From assembly GCA_049325335.1 (NCBI GenBank), contig JBMOMC010000007.1, positions 192,001 through 256,000 on the forward strand: 64,000 nt of DNA, given 5' to 3'. The first letter of the stretch is position 1. Each line of letters begins with the position of its first letter. The notes under the pieces are model-generated. The model was given only the letters and a program-made list of their open reading frames with translations. It ran no database searches and was not told where the DNA came from. This DNA comes from Nitrospirota bacterium. Its GTDB lineage: Bacteria > Nitrospirota > Nitrospiria > 2-01-FULL-66-17. Of the stretch, positions 1 through 12,000 are shown one piece after another. The position numbers and the translations under genes are program-made.

Positions 1-3000
1 TGGTCACGATCAGCAGGTCGCCCGACACGACGGGGGCGCCGGCATTGAGCGTAATCGTCCGCGCATACACGCCGCCGCCCACGTTCGTCACGGTCGCACC
101 AACGGTAAAGTTCGTGCCGTTCGTCAGGTTAGCGGCGGTCCGGGTATTGCGGATCGTGACGTTCGCCGATGGGAACGACGTCGCCGTCAGCGTGGTCACC
201 GGGTTGCCGTCCTGATCCAGGACCCAGTGCCGGAGCGTCAGCGTTTGCGGCAAGGTGGCGGGGACGGTCATGGGCGAGACATCGACCTGGAAGAGCGCCA
301 CCCGCCCGGCCAAGCCGCTCCCCGCCACGTTGATCGTTTCGGTCTGCCTGGCATTGACCGCGTTCGCCGTGAGTGTGACCGTCGCGACGCTGGGCGTGGT
401 CGAGGTGGCCCCGGTGTCTCGGACGTAGAAGAGACCCGACCCATCGGTAAACGACACCGACGTGGCACCGAAAATGATGCCATTCGTCGAGAAGCTCATG
501 GTCGGCGAGGTGGACGACAGGGTCGCGGTGCCGGTCACGGGATTGCTGCCGGCGTCGAGCGCGGTGAACGAGACGGGCCCCGATGTCGCGCTCCCCTGGA
601 GGGCCTGCGGGCGCGAGGTGATCGTGAGCGTCGCCACCGGACTATCATTGATCGGCGCCGCCAACGCCTCGTTGCTGTTGACCGACTCCTGGGTCCCGTC
701 GAACGCTCTGATCACGTAGTAATAGGTCGTTCCGTTCGCCAGCCCCGTGTCCGTGTACGTTGTGGTCGTATTGTTGGTGAACGTCGTGACCACGCTGTAC
801 GGCCCGCCGCTCACCGTGCTCCGGTACACCCGCTGCTGGATCACGTCCGGCGCCGTGGACAACGTCCACGCGAGGTTGATCGCCCCACCATTGCCCGGTG
901 TATCGGCCGCCGTAAGTCCCGTTGGAGCCGTGGGCACGATGTTGTCAGCCGGGCTCGCAGAGGCCTGGTTGCTGTTACCCGATTCGAGGCTCCCGTCAAA
1001 CGCCCGGAGCACGTAGTAGTACGTGATCCCATTGGTCAGCCCGGTGTCGGTGACCGTCGTGGTCGTGTTGCCCGCGATCGTCGCGATCACCGTGTACGGC
1101 CCGCCGCTGGTGGTACTACGGTAGATCCGCTGTTGCGTCACGTCCGGCGCCGTGGACACGGCCCAGTTCAAGACAATCGCTCCCCCTTGATCCGCCAACA
1201 CATCCGCCGCGCTCACGCTCGTGGGCGCCGCCGGCGCCAGGTTGTCCGCCGGGGTCGCGAACGCCTGGTTGCTATTGGCCGATTCCGTGATCCCGTTGTA
1301 CGCCCGCACCACGTAGTAGTACGTGGTCCCGTTGGTCAATCCCGTGTCGGTCAACGTGCCCGTGGTGTTGTTCAGGATCGTCGTGATCACCGTATACGGC
1401 CCACCGCTGGTCGTGCTCCGGTACACCCGTTGCTGGGTGACCCCCGACGCAGGGGACGGGGTCCACGCCAGACTGAGCGCCCCACCGTTGTCCGCTAACA
1501 CGTCCGTGGCGCTCAACCCTGACGGTGGGGTGTTATCCATCGGAACCGCCGATGCCTGATTCGAGTCGGGCGATTCCTGAGTCCCGTCGTACGCCCGCAC
1601 CACATAGTAGTAAGTGGTCCCGTTAGTCAGGCCCGTGTCGGTGTACGTACTCGTCGTGTTGTTCGCGATCGTCGTGATCACCGTGTACGGCCCGCCCGAG
1701 GTCGTGGACCGATACACGCGTTGCTGGGTGACATCCGGCGCGCTCGAGACGGTCCACGTCAGCACGATCGCCCCGCCCTGATCCGCCACCACGTCCGCCG
1801 CGCTCACGCCCGTGGGCGCCGCCGGCGCCAGGTTGTCCGCCGGGGTCGCCAACGCCTGGTTGCTGTTGCCCGATTCGAGGCTCCCGTCAAACACCCGGAG
1901 CACGTAGTAGTACGTGGTCCCGTTGGTCAGGCCCGTGTCGGTCAATGTGCTCGTCGTGTTGTTCAGGATCGTGGCGATCACACTGTATGGCCCGCCGCTG
2001 GTCGTGCTCCGGTACACCCGCTGCTGCGTGATCCCGCCGGACGTCGACGGCGTCCAGAGCAGACTCACCGCGCCGCCGTTGTCCCCACCCACATCCGCCG
2101 CGCTCAGTCCGGTCGGCGGGTTCGGCGCCAGGTTGTTGAGCGGCACGGCGAACGCCTGGTTCGAGTTGCCCGATTCTTGGGTCGCGTCATACGCGCGCAC
2201 CACATAGTAGTACGTCGTCCCATTGGTCAGGCCGGTGTCGGTCAGTGTGCTCGTCGTGTTGTTCAGGATCGTGGCGATCACACTGTATGGGCCGCCGCTC
2301 GTGGTGCTGCGGTAGATCCGCTGCTGGGTCACGTCGGTCGCACTCGAGACCGTCCACGCCAGGTTTACGGCCCCGCCCGCATCGCCCGGCGTATCCACTG
2401 CGCTGAGCGTGGTCGGCGCCGCCGGCGCCAGGTCGTCATCCGGAACTGCGCTGACCTGGGTGCTGTTGACGGACTCCTGCGTGGCGTCGAACGTCCGAAG
2501 TATGTAGAAGTACAGGGTCCCGTTGGTCAGGCCAGTGTCGGTAAACGTGCTCGTGCTGTTGTTGGTGATCGTGGCCACCACCGTGTATGGCCCGCCGCTC
2601 GTGGTGCTGCGGTAGATCCGCTGCTGGATCACGTCGGACGCGCTCGACACGGTCCAGGTCAGGGTGAGGGCCCCGCCTTGATCCGCCGGGGTATCCGCCG
2701 CGCTCACCCCGGTCGGCGCGGCCGGCGCCAGGTTGTCGACCGGTGCGGCCGACGACTGATTGGAATCGGACGACTCGTTGGTTCCATCAAACGCCCGGAG
2801 TATGTAGAAGTACGTCACCCCGTTCACCAAACCAGTATCCGTGTACGAGGTCGCGGTATTGTTCGTAATCGTCGCCAACAAGGAGTACGGTCCGCCGCCC
2901 GTTGTCGAGCGGTAGATGCGCTGGGCCGTCACATCCGACGACGTCGAGGGCGTCCAAATCAGGCTCACCGCCCCGCCGTTGTCCGCGAGCACGTCCGTCG

Positions 3001-6000
3001 CGCTCAGGCCGGTCGGCGCTGCCGGCGCAATGTTATCGAGCGGACTCGCGGACGCCTGGTTGCTGTTGAGCGATTCTTGAGTCGCGTCGAACGCCCGGAC
3101 CACGTAGAAGTATGCCACCCCGTTCACCAGGCCCGAGTCCGTGTACCCGGACACGATGTTGTTCGGAATCGTGGCCACGACCGTGTACGGCCCGCCGGAC
3201 ACGGTGCCGCGGTAGAGGCGTTGCTGCGTGACGTCGGGCGACGTGGACGGCGTCCAGGTCAACGCGAGCACGCCGCCGTTATCAGCCGGCACGTCGGACG
3301 CGGCCAATGTGGTCGGCGCGGCCGGCGCAATGTTATCGAGCGGACTCGCGGCAACCTGCGCCGAGTTCGGCGATTCATTGGAGCCGTCGAACGCGCGGAG
3401 CACGTAGTAGAAGGTGACCCCGTTCACCAGCGCGAGATCCGTATACGTGGTTGTCGTGTTGTTCGGAATGGCGAACACCTGGGTGTACGGCCCGCCGCTG
3501 GTGGTGCTACGATAGATCCGCTGCGCGGTCACGTCGGTCGACGTCGAGACGGTCCAGGTCAGATCGATCGCGCCGCCGTTGTCCGCCGGGGTATCCGCTG
3601 CGGTCGGGAACGTGGGCGCCGCGGGCGCGATATTGTCGAGCGGGATCGCGGAAGTCTCCACGCTGTTGGCCGATTCGACCGTGCCGTTGAACGCGCGAAT
3701 CACGTAGTAGTACCGAGTTCCCGTGGCCAGGCCCGTGTTGACCGCGCTGCCGGTGGTGTTGTTCGGGATCGTGAGGATCACGGTGTAGGGCCCGCCCGAG
3801 GTGGTAGACCGGTACACGCGTTGTTCGATCAACCCCGGCATGGGCGATGGCGTCCAGGACAGGTCGATCGACCCGCCTTGATCACCCGGCGTGTCCGTCG
3901 CGGTGACGTTCGTGGGCGCCCGGTTATCGATCGGCGCGGACGACGTTTCCCCCGAGTTGCCGGACTCGGCCAGCCCGTTCCACGCCCGGATCACGTAGTA
4001 ATACGCCGTTCCCGCCGTAAGGCCCGCATCGACGTACGAACTGGTGGTGTTATTGGTGATCGTCGCCACGACCGAATACGGTCCACCCGACGTCAGTGAG
4101 CGGTACAATCGCTGTTCGGTCACGGTGGTTGTCACCGACGGCGTCCAACTCAGGCTGAGCGCCGTGCCCGTGTCCGACGGCGCGTCCGCGGCAGTGAGTC
4201 CGGTCGGGGCCGCCACGAACACATCATTAAACGGCGCGGCACTGTCCTCGTTCGAGTCCGCGCTCTCTTGCGAGCCGTCGAACGCGCGCACGACGTAGTA
4301 GTACGTGGTGCCGGGGGTCAATCCGGTATCCGTGTAGGTGCTCGCGGCCGCGCCCACCCCCTGGACCTGGGCGTAGGGACCGCCGGACGTGGTGGCCCGG
4401 TAGATGCGTTGCTGCACCACGTCGAGCGACGTCGAAGGGGTCCACGAGAGGTTCAGCGCGGTCCCGTTGTCGGCCGGAGTGTCGACCACGTTGAGCCCGG
4501 TGGGCGCGGCCGGCGCGGAATTGTCCAGGGGCGCGGCCGACGCCTGATTCGAGTCTCCGGATTCCTGCGTGCCGTTCCACGCCCGCACCACGTAGAAGTA
4601 CGTCACCCCGTTGACCAACCCAATGTCCAGGTACGACGCGGTGGTATTACCCGCCAGGGTGGCGATCAACGTGTACGGCCCGCCGTTGGACGTGCTGCGG
4701 AAGGCCCGCTGCTCGATGATGCCGGGCGCGGCCGAGGGCGTCCAGTTCAGAGTGATCGCGCCGCCTTCATCGGCCGGACGATCAGCGGCCGTGACCCCGG
4801 TCGGCGCGGCAGGCGCGAATCCGGAGGGCACCGCGGTATCCGCATTGCCGGCCGGAGTGGTGGCGTCGTTCCAGTTGCCGGCGGTGTCTCGCGTGTACAC
4901 CGCGTAGAAGTACGTGGTGCCGTTGACCAACCCCGTGTCGAACACGGACACCGACCCGCCCGACGCCGGGCTGGTCGAATTGTACGCCACGATCGCCGAG
5001 GGATCCGCGTGCCCAGTGGGGTACGCGCCGATCCGACGCGCCACCAACACCTGCGCCAACGTAGGATCAAACGGGTTGGTCCAACTCAGCGTCGAGCCGC
5101 TGTCCGCCCCGTCGCCCGCGGCAAAGTCGAGCACGGCCGGCGGGGGCACGGTGTCGAGCGGCGTGACCGACGCCTGATTGGAGTTCGAACTCTCGTTCCC
5201 GCTGGTGTCGTACGATCGAACCACGTAGTAATACACCGTCCCCGCGGTCAGCCCGCGATCCGTGTAACTGGTGATCAGGCTCGGATACGTGTTGACCCTG
5301 GTATAGGGGCCTCCGTTGATCGTGGACCGATACAGGACGTACCCCGCCACATCGGGATCAGGCACACCGGTCCACGACAGATCCACCGCGTCCCCGTTGT
5401 CGTTGGGATAATCCGCGGCCGCCAAACCGCTGGGCGCCGACGGTGGCGTAGTTTCGTTCCACGGGATCGTGAGGCGCGACTGATACGCGGGCGGCGAGGA
5501 GACGGTTCCCTCCACAAACAACCGCGCGCTGACGTTGATGGTCGGCGACGTACTCAGACGCACCCCGGTCCAGAGCCACAACCGGTCGGTCACCGCCAAC
5601 GTCACCGGCGAGGTGTTGAGACAGTTGAACGTCAGCGCAGTGATGGCGGCGGTCAGAGGGGCCAGCCCAGGGTTGGTTGCGTCGTCCGCCACGCAGACCG
5701 TGGTCCGCACCGCCGAGGCATCCACCCTGGAGACCGATGCCCGCGGGTAGAGTACGCCAGAACCGGACAGATCCGTGGTTTTATCCATGTAAAGCATGAC
5801 GCGGAACACCGAGCCGGCCGGGATGGTCACCGCGCCGCCGGGATCATTGCTTTGGGTCTCGAACGCCTCGATAAAGAACGACCCTGGCACCTCGTTCGCA
5901 AGGTTGATGGTCTGATACGACGCCAGCGACGAGATCGGATCACCGTTGGTGCCGGGCGCGTCCTGTTTGAGACGGCGGTACAACGAGTCGACCGCCGACG

Positions 6001-9000
6001 TCTCCTGATGGAGATACTCCGCTGCGTTGGAACGCGGAACCGCGGAGGCCTCGGCGGACATCGGGCTCTCAAAGGTCCCGTCCCACGCGCGCACCACGTA
6101 GTAGTACGTGGTCCCATTGGTCAACCCGCTGTCGATAAACGCGGTGGCGGTCCCGGCCGTACTCCCGGCCAAGGTATAGGGTCCGCCCGAGGTCCCGGCG
6201 CGAAGCACACGATATTGGCTGACATCTGGCGAAGACGACAGCACCCACGTCAGGCTCACCGCGCCTCCCAGATCCGCCGGGCGGTCCTGCGCGGCCAATA
6301 CCGTGGGCGCTGACGGCGGAATATTATCAAGCGGCGTGGCCGCGGCTTCATTCGAGTTGGGCGACTCCAGCGCGCCGTCGAACGCGCGCACCACGTAATA
6401 ATAGGTGGTGCCGTTGACCAACCCGGAGTCGGTCCAGGTACTGGTGGTCTGATTCATAAACGTCTGCACCAACACGTAGGAGAACCCCGAAACCACCGAC
6501 CGATAGACGCGTTGTTGCGTCACCGTTACCGACGTGGAGGGCGTCCAGTTCAGCGTCACCGACCCGCCGTTGTCCAACGGCACATCCGCGCCGGACAACG
6601 CGGTAGGCGGCAGCGGCGCCGCGCCCGCTCCTTGGGGCAACGCGGTGTCGGCGTTGAGGCCGGCGGTGGTGGTGTCGTTCCAGTTGCCGGCCTGATCGCG
6701 GGCGTACACCGCGTAGAAGTACACGGTCCCGTTGGTCAAGCCCGTGTCCACGATGTTCACCGATCCGCCCGACGCCGCCGACGCGTTGCTGTACACCGTC
6801 GCCGCGGCCGAGTCCGCGTGCCCGGCGGGATACGACCCGGTCTTGCGCTTCACGAGCACTTCGGCCAAATCCGACGCGATGGGATTGGTCCACGACAAGG
6901 TGGATTGGGTGGATGCCCCGTCGGAGGCGCCGAAGTTCGAAACCTGCGGCGGCGCGATGTTATCGAGTGGCGCGGCGAACGTCTGCGACGAGTTGAGACT
7001 CTCCGAGGTCCCGTCGAACGCACGCAGCACGTAGTAGTACGTCACGCCGGTGGTTACCCCGGTATCCGTCACGCTGTTGGTGGTGTTGTCGGTCAACGTC
7101 AGCACCACGGCATATGGCCCGCCGCTTGACGTGCTCCGGTACACGCGCTGCGCAATCACGTCGGCCGACACCGACACGGCCCAGGTCAGGTCGATGGCGC
7201 CACCTTGATCCGCGGGGTGGTCCGTTGCGGTGACCGCGTTCGGAGCGGCCGGGGGCATATTGTCGATCGGCGCGGCGGAGGCCGGGGCCGACCTGGCGCT
7301 TTCATTGCCCGCCGCGTCCACCGCGGTCACCCCATAGAAATAGACGGTCCCGTTGACCAGACCCGAATCCTGGAACGGCGAGGCGGCGAGCAACGCCAAC
7401 GTGACCCGCGTGTACGGGCCGCCGCTTGCGAGCGCGCGGTACACGTGGTACCCCGCGAGGTCGGGCTCGGTGTTCGCGGTCCACGCCAAATCGAGTACGC
7501 TGCCTTGATCAGTCGGGCGGTCCGCCGCGGTCAGACCGGTCGGCACCGCCGGCGGGGTGGTGTCGGGCGCGGACGCCGGGGTCGCGGTGTCCGCGTTGGA
7601 ACCCGCCGTCACCGCGTCGTTCCAGTTCCCGGTCAGATCCCGGCTGAATACCGCGTAGTAATACGTGACCCCGGCGGTGAGGCCGGTGTCCGAAATCGAC
7701 ACGCTCCCGCCGATCACGGGACTCGTCGTCGTGTACACCGTGGCGGCGGCCCCGTCGAGGTGGCCGGTGGGGTACGAACCGGTCCGACGCTTAATCAACA
7801 CCTCGCCCAAATCCGCCACGTTCGGGTTGGTCCACGACAGGGTCGAACCGAGCGGCGCGTTGTCCGAAGCCGAAAAATTCACCACCTGCGGAGGCGCCAT
7901 ATTGTCGGCAGGCGCCGCCGAGGCTTGGTTGGAGTTTACGCTTTCCTGCGTCCCATCGAACGCGCGGAGCACATAGTAATACGTGGTCCCGTTGGTCAGC
8001 CCGGTATCGGTCAAGGTCGTGCTGCTGTTGTTGGTGATGCTCGTAATCTGCGTGTACGGCCCGCCCGATGTCGTGGCCCGGTACACGTGCTGGGCCGACA
8101 CATCAGAAGACACCGAGGGCGTCCACGTTAGGTTGACGGCGCCGCCTTGATCCAGCGGCCGATCCACCGCGGCCACACTGGTGGGCGCAGCCGGCGCCAG
8201 GTTATCCAGCGGGGTGCCCACGGCCTCAAGTGAATTGGCCCCCTCGTTGGTGCCGTCGAACGCCCGCACCATGTAGTAGTACGGCGTCCCGAGGACCAAA
8301 CCTTGATCCAGGTAGGTTGTGGCCGTCACCAATGCCGCGTTGATCCGTGTGTACGGCCCCCCGCTGACCAACGCGCGATACACGTGGTAGCCCGTGACGT
8401 CGCCGGAGACCGACGCGGTCCACGAGATCGTCAGTGCCGTGCCTTGATCACCCGGCGTGTCCGTTGCCGTGACCCCGGTCGGCGGCGTAGGCGCCACGTT
8501 GTCCAGCGGCGCGGCAAACGCCTGGAAGGACGGTGCGCTTTCGCTCAACGACGTGTTGACCGCGGTGAGGACGTAATAGACGGTCACGCCGTTGGCCAAT
8601 CCCAAGTCGGTGTACGTGGTCCCGGTGATCAGGCCAGCATTGACCACGGTGGAATACGGTCCGCCGCTGGTGGCACCGCGATACAGGTTATACCCGGACA
8701 GGTTCGGTTCGGTATTGGCGGTCCAGTTCAGCACCACGGCCCCGCCGTTATCCGCCGGGACGTCCGCGGCGGTCAGCCCGACCGGGCGCGACGGGGCGCC
8801 GATGTCGTTGACCGGACTCGCCGAGGCCTCATCGGAATCCGCGCTCTGGTTGACGCCGTCCAGCGCCCGGACCCGGTAGTAGTACGTGGTCCCGTTGTTA
8901 AGCCCGGTGTCGGTGAAGGTCGTGACGGCCACCGCCGGGGTCAACGCATTGTACGGTCCACCCGCTGCGGTGCCGCGCCACACTTGGTACCCGACCACGT

Positions 9001-12000
9001 CGGTGGATGTGGACGGCGACCACGACAACTCGATGGCCCCGCCCGCATCAGCCGGTCGATCCGCCGCAGTCAACCCGGTGGGCGCCAACGGCGCCAGGTT
9101 ATCGAGCGGGATCGCCGAGGTTTCGCTCGATGCCGCGCCTTCGTTCGTCGCGGTATCCACCGCGCGCAACACGTAGTAGTACCGGGTGCCGTTGGACAAC
9201 CCGGCGGTATCCACGGTTGACGTCCCGGTCAACAAGGCCCCGTTGAGTCGGACGTAGGGCCCGCCCGCGATCGTGCCCCGATACAGGTTGTACCCGGCCA
9301 GATCCGGTTCGGTGTTGGCCGTCCACGTGATGTTGATCGCGCCGCCCTCGTCGCTCGGCCGGTCGCTCGCCGTCACGTTGATCGGCGCCACCGGGAACCC
9401 GTCGTCCACCGGCGCCGCGGACACCACCGCGGAATTAGCGCTTTGATTGGCCGAGGTGTCCACCGCGCGCACCACGTAGAAATACGTGGTGCCGTTGGTC
9501 AATCCCGTGTCGGTGTACGTGGTCCCCACGATCACGGCGCCGTTGACCTGGGTGAAGGGGCCTCCGGCGGCCGGCCCGCGAAGGACGTGATACCCGGCCA
9601 AATCGGACTCCCCATTGGCCGCCCAGGCGATCACCAACGCCCCGCCTTGATCCGCCGGCCGATCCACGACCGACACCCCGGTCGGCGCTGACGGCCCCAC
9701 GTTATCCAGCGGAATCCCGGACGATTGGTTGGAGTTCGCGCTCTGGTTCGCGCTGTCCAATGCGCGGACCACGTAAAAATACGTCAGCCCGTTGGTGAGT
9801 CCGCCATCGGTGTACGACGTCACGGTCAGCGCCGACGTGGTCACCTGGGTGTACGGCCCTCCGCTGGTCGTGCTGCGGTACACATGGTACCCGGTCACGT
9901 CCGTGGAGGCCGACGCCACCCACGCCAGATCAAGCGACCCGCCCTGATCCGCCGGATGGTCGGTGACCACCAGGCCGGTCGGCGCGATCGGCGCGATATT
10001 GTCGAGCGGCGTTGCCGAGACTTCGAGGGAGTCCGCGCTTTCGTTCCCGCTCGTATCCACGGACCGCACCACGTAGAACACCGCCACGTTGTTCACCAAC
10101 CCCGTGTCAGTGAACGTGGTCCCGGTCAACAACGTGGGGGTGAGCAGGGCGAACGCGCCGCTGCTCGATGGGGCGCGATACACGCGGTACCCGGCAAGAT
10201 CCGGCTCGTTGTTCGCCGACCAGGCGACGATGATCGCGCCGCCCTGATCCGCCGGGCGATCCACCGCGGACACGCCCGTTGGCGCCGCGGGCGGAATCCG
10301 ATCGACCGGGGTCACGGACGCGGTGTTGGACGCCGGGCTTTCATTCGTGCCGTCCAACGCGCGAACTTGGTAGTAGTACAGAGTGCCGTTGGTCAGCCCG
10401 GTGTCCGTATACGTGGTGGCGGTCACCGCGGAACCGGTGACCTGTGTGTACGGGCCTGCGGATGCGAGCGCGCGGTACACGTTGTATCCGATCACATCCG
10501 GCTCCACGTTCGCGTTCCACGTCAATACCGCGGTGCCTCCGGCCAGCTCCGGCCCTGGCACGGCCAGCAACCCGGTGGGCGCGGCCGGCGCCAGATTGTC
10601 CACCGGGGTGGCGGTGGCAGACGCGGAGGCCGGTCCCTCCTGGTTGGATTGGTCAACCGCGCGGATCACGTATTCGTACGCCACGCCGTTGGTCAACCTG
10701 GTGTCGGTGTACGTCGTGGTGACGACGTATGCTGCGGTCACTCGCACGTACGGCGCGAGCGTGCTCGTGCGGCGGTACACGTGGTACCCGGCCAGATCCA
10801 CCTCGGTATTCGCGTTCCACGCCAGATCAATTGCCCCGCCTTGGTCCGCGGGGTGGTCTGCGGCGATTAAGCCGGTGGGCGCAGCCGGCGGGACATCCAG
10901 CACGATGATGCGGAACGTCTCGTTCGCAGTCAGAGTCGGGGTCCCGTTGTCGGTCGCAATCACCGTGACGCCCGCATACACACCGGCCGTCCCGTAGCCC
11001 GGCGCGAGCGTCAACGTCGCAGTGCCGTTGCCGGTCGGCGTCAATACGGCAAACGCCGGCAACCCCGTGGCGGATAAGGTCACGGTGTTGCCGTCCGGAT
11101 CGCTTGCCGTGAGCGGTACCCCATTGGTCGCGCCCTCGTTGACGGTCAGATCGCCGATGGGCGTCAACACCGGCGGCCGGTTCACATCGTTGACCGTAAT
11201 TGTGATGGTCTGGCTCGCGGACAGGATCGGGTTCCCATTGTCCTGGACCGTGATCACCACGCTGGGATAGGTCCCCGCGTGGGTGTAGTTCGGCGCCAGG
11301 TGCAGGAGCCCGGTGCCGTTGCCCGTGGGCAAGAGGCTCGCGAACGCCGGCAAATTGGTCGCGGACACGGTCAACGCGTCACCGTCGGGATCACCGGCCG
11401 TGATCGGAATATCCACGATCGTTCCCTCGTCGAGCACGGGGTTCGCGATCGGCGACAACACCGGAACGCGGTTCACGTTCGTCACGGTGACGCTGAACAC
11501 CTCGCTGTCGAACGCGGGCGACGATTCGGAGTCGCTCACCGAGACCGTCACGCCAGGATACACGCCCGAATCCGCGTAACCCGGCGCCAGGCGCAGCAAC
11601 GCGGTGCCGTTGCCGTTATCGGTAAACGTCGCGAACGCCGGGAGGTTCAAGACCGCGAATACGAGCGGGCCCCCGTCCGCGTCCGTGGCCGTGATCACTA
11701 CGTCCGTGGTCGTCCCCTCGTTGACGATTTGGTCGCCGATCGGGTTCAAGACCGGCGGCCGGTTCACGTTGAGGATGCGAATCGTGAACGTCTCGCTGTC
11801 CGTAAGCGGAGGCAGGCCGTTGTCGGAGGCGGTCACGGTCACGGTGTACAACCCGGCGTCGGCAAATCCGGGCGTCAGCGTCAGGGTCGCGGTCCCGTTT
11901 CCATTGTCCACGAACGACGCGAAGGTCAGCGGCGGAGACATACTGAACGCGATGGGGTCGTTGTTCGGGTCACACGCCGTGATCGTCACCGCCGAACTGT

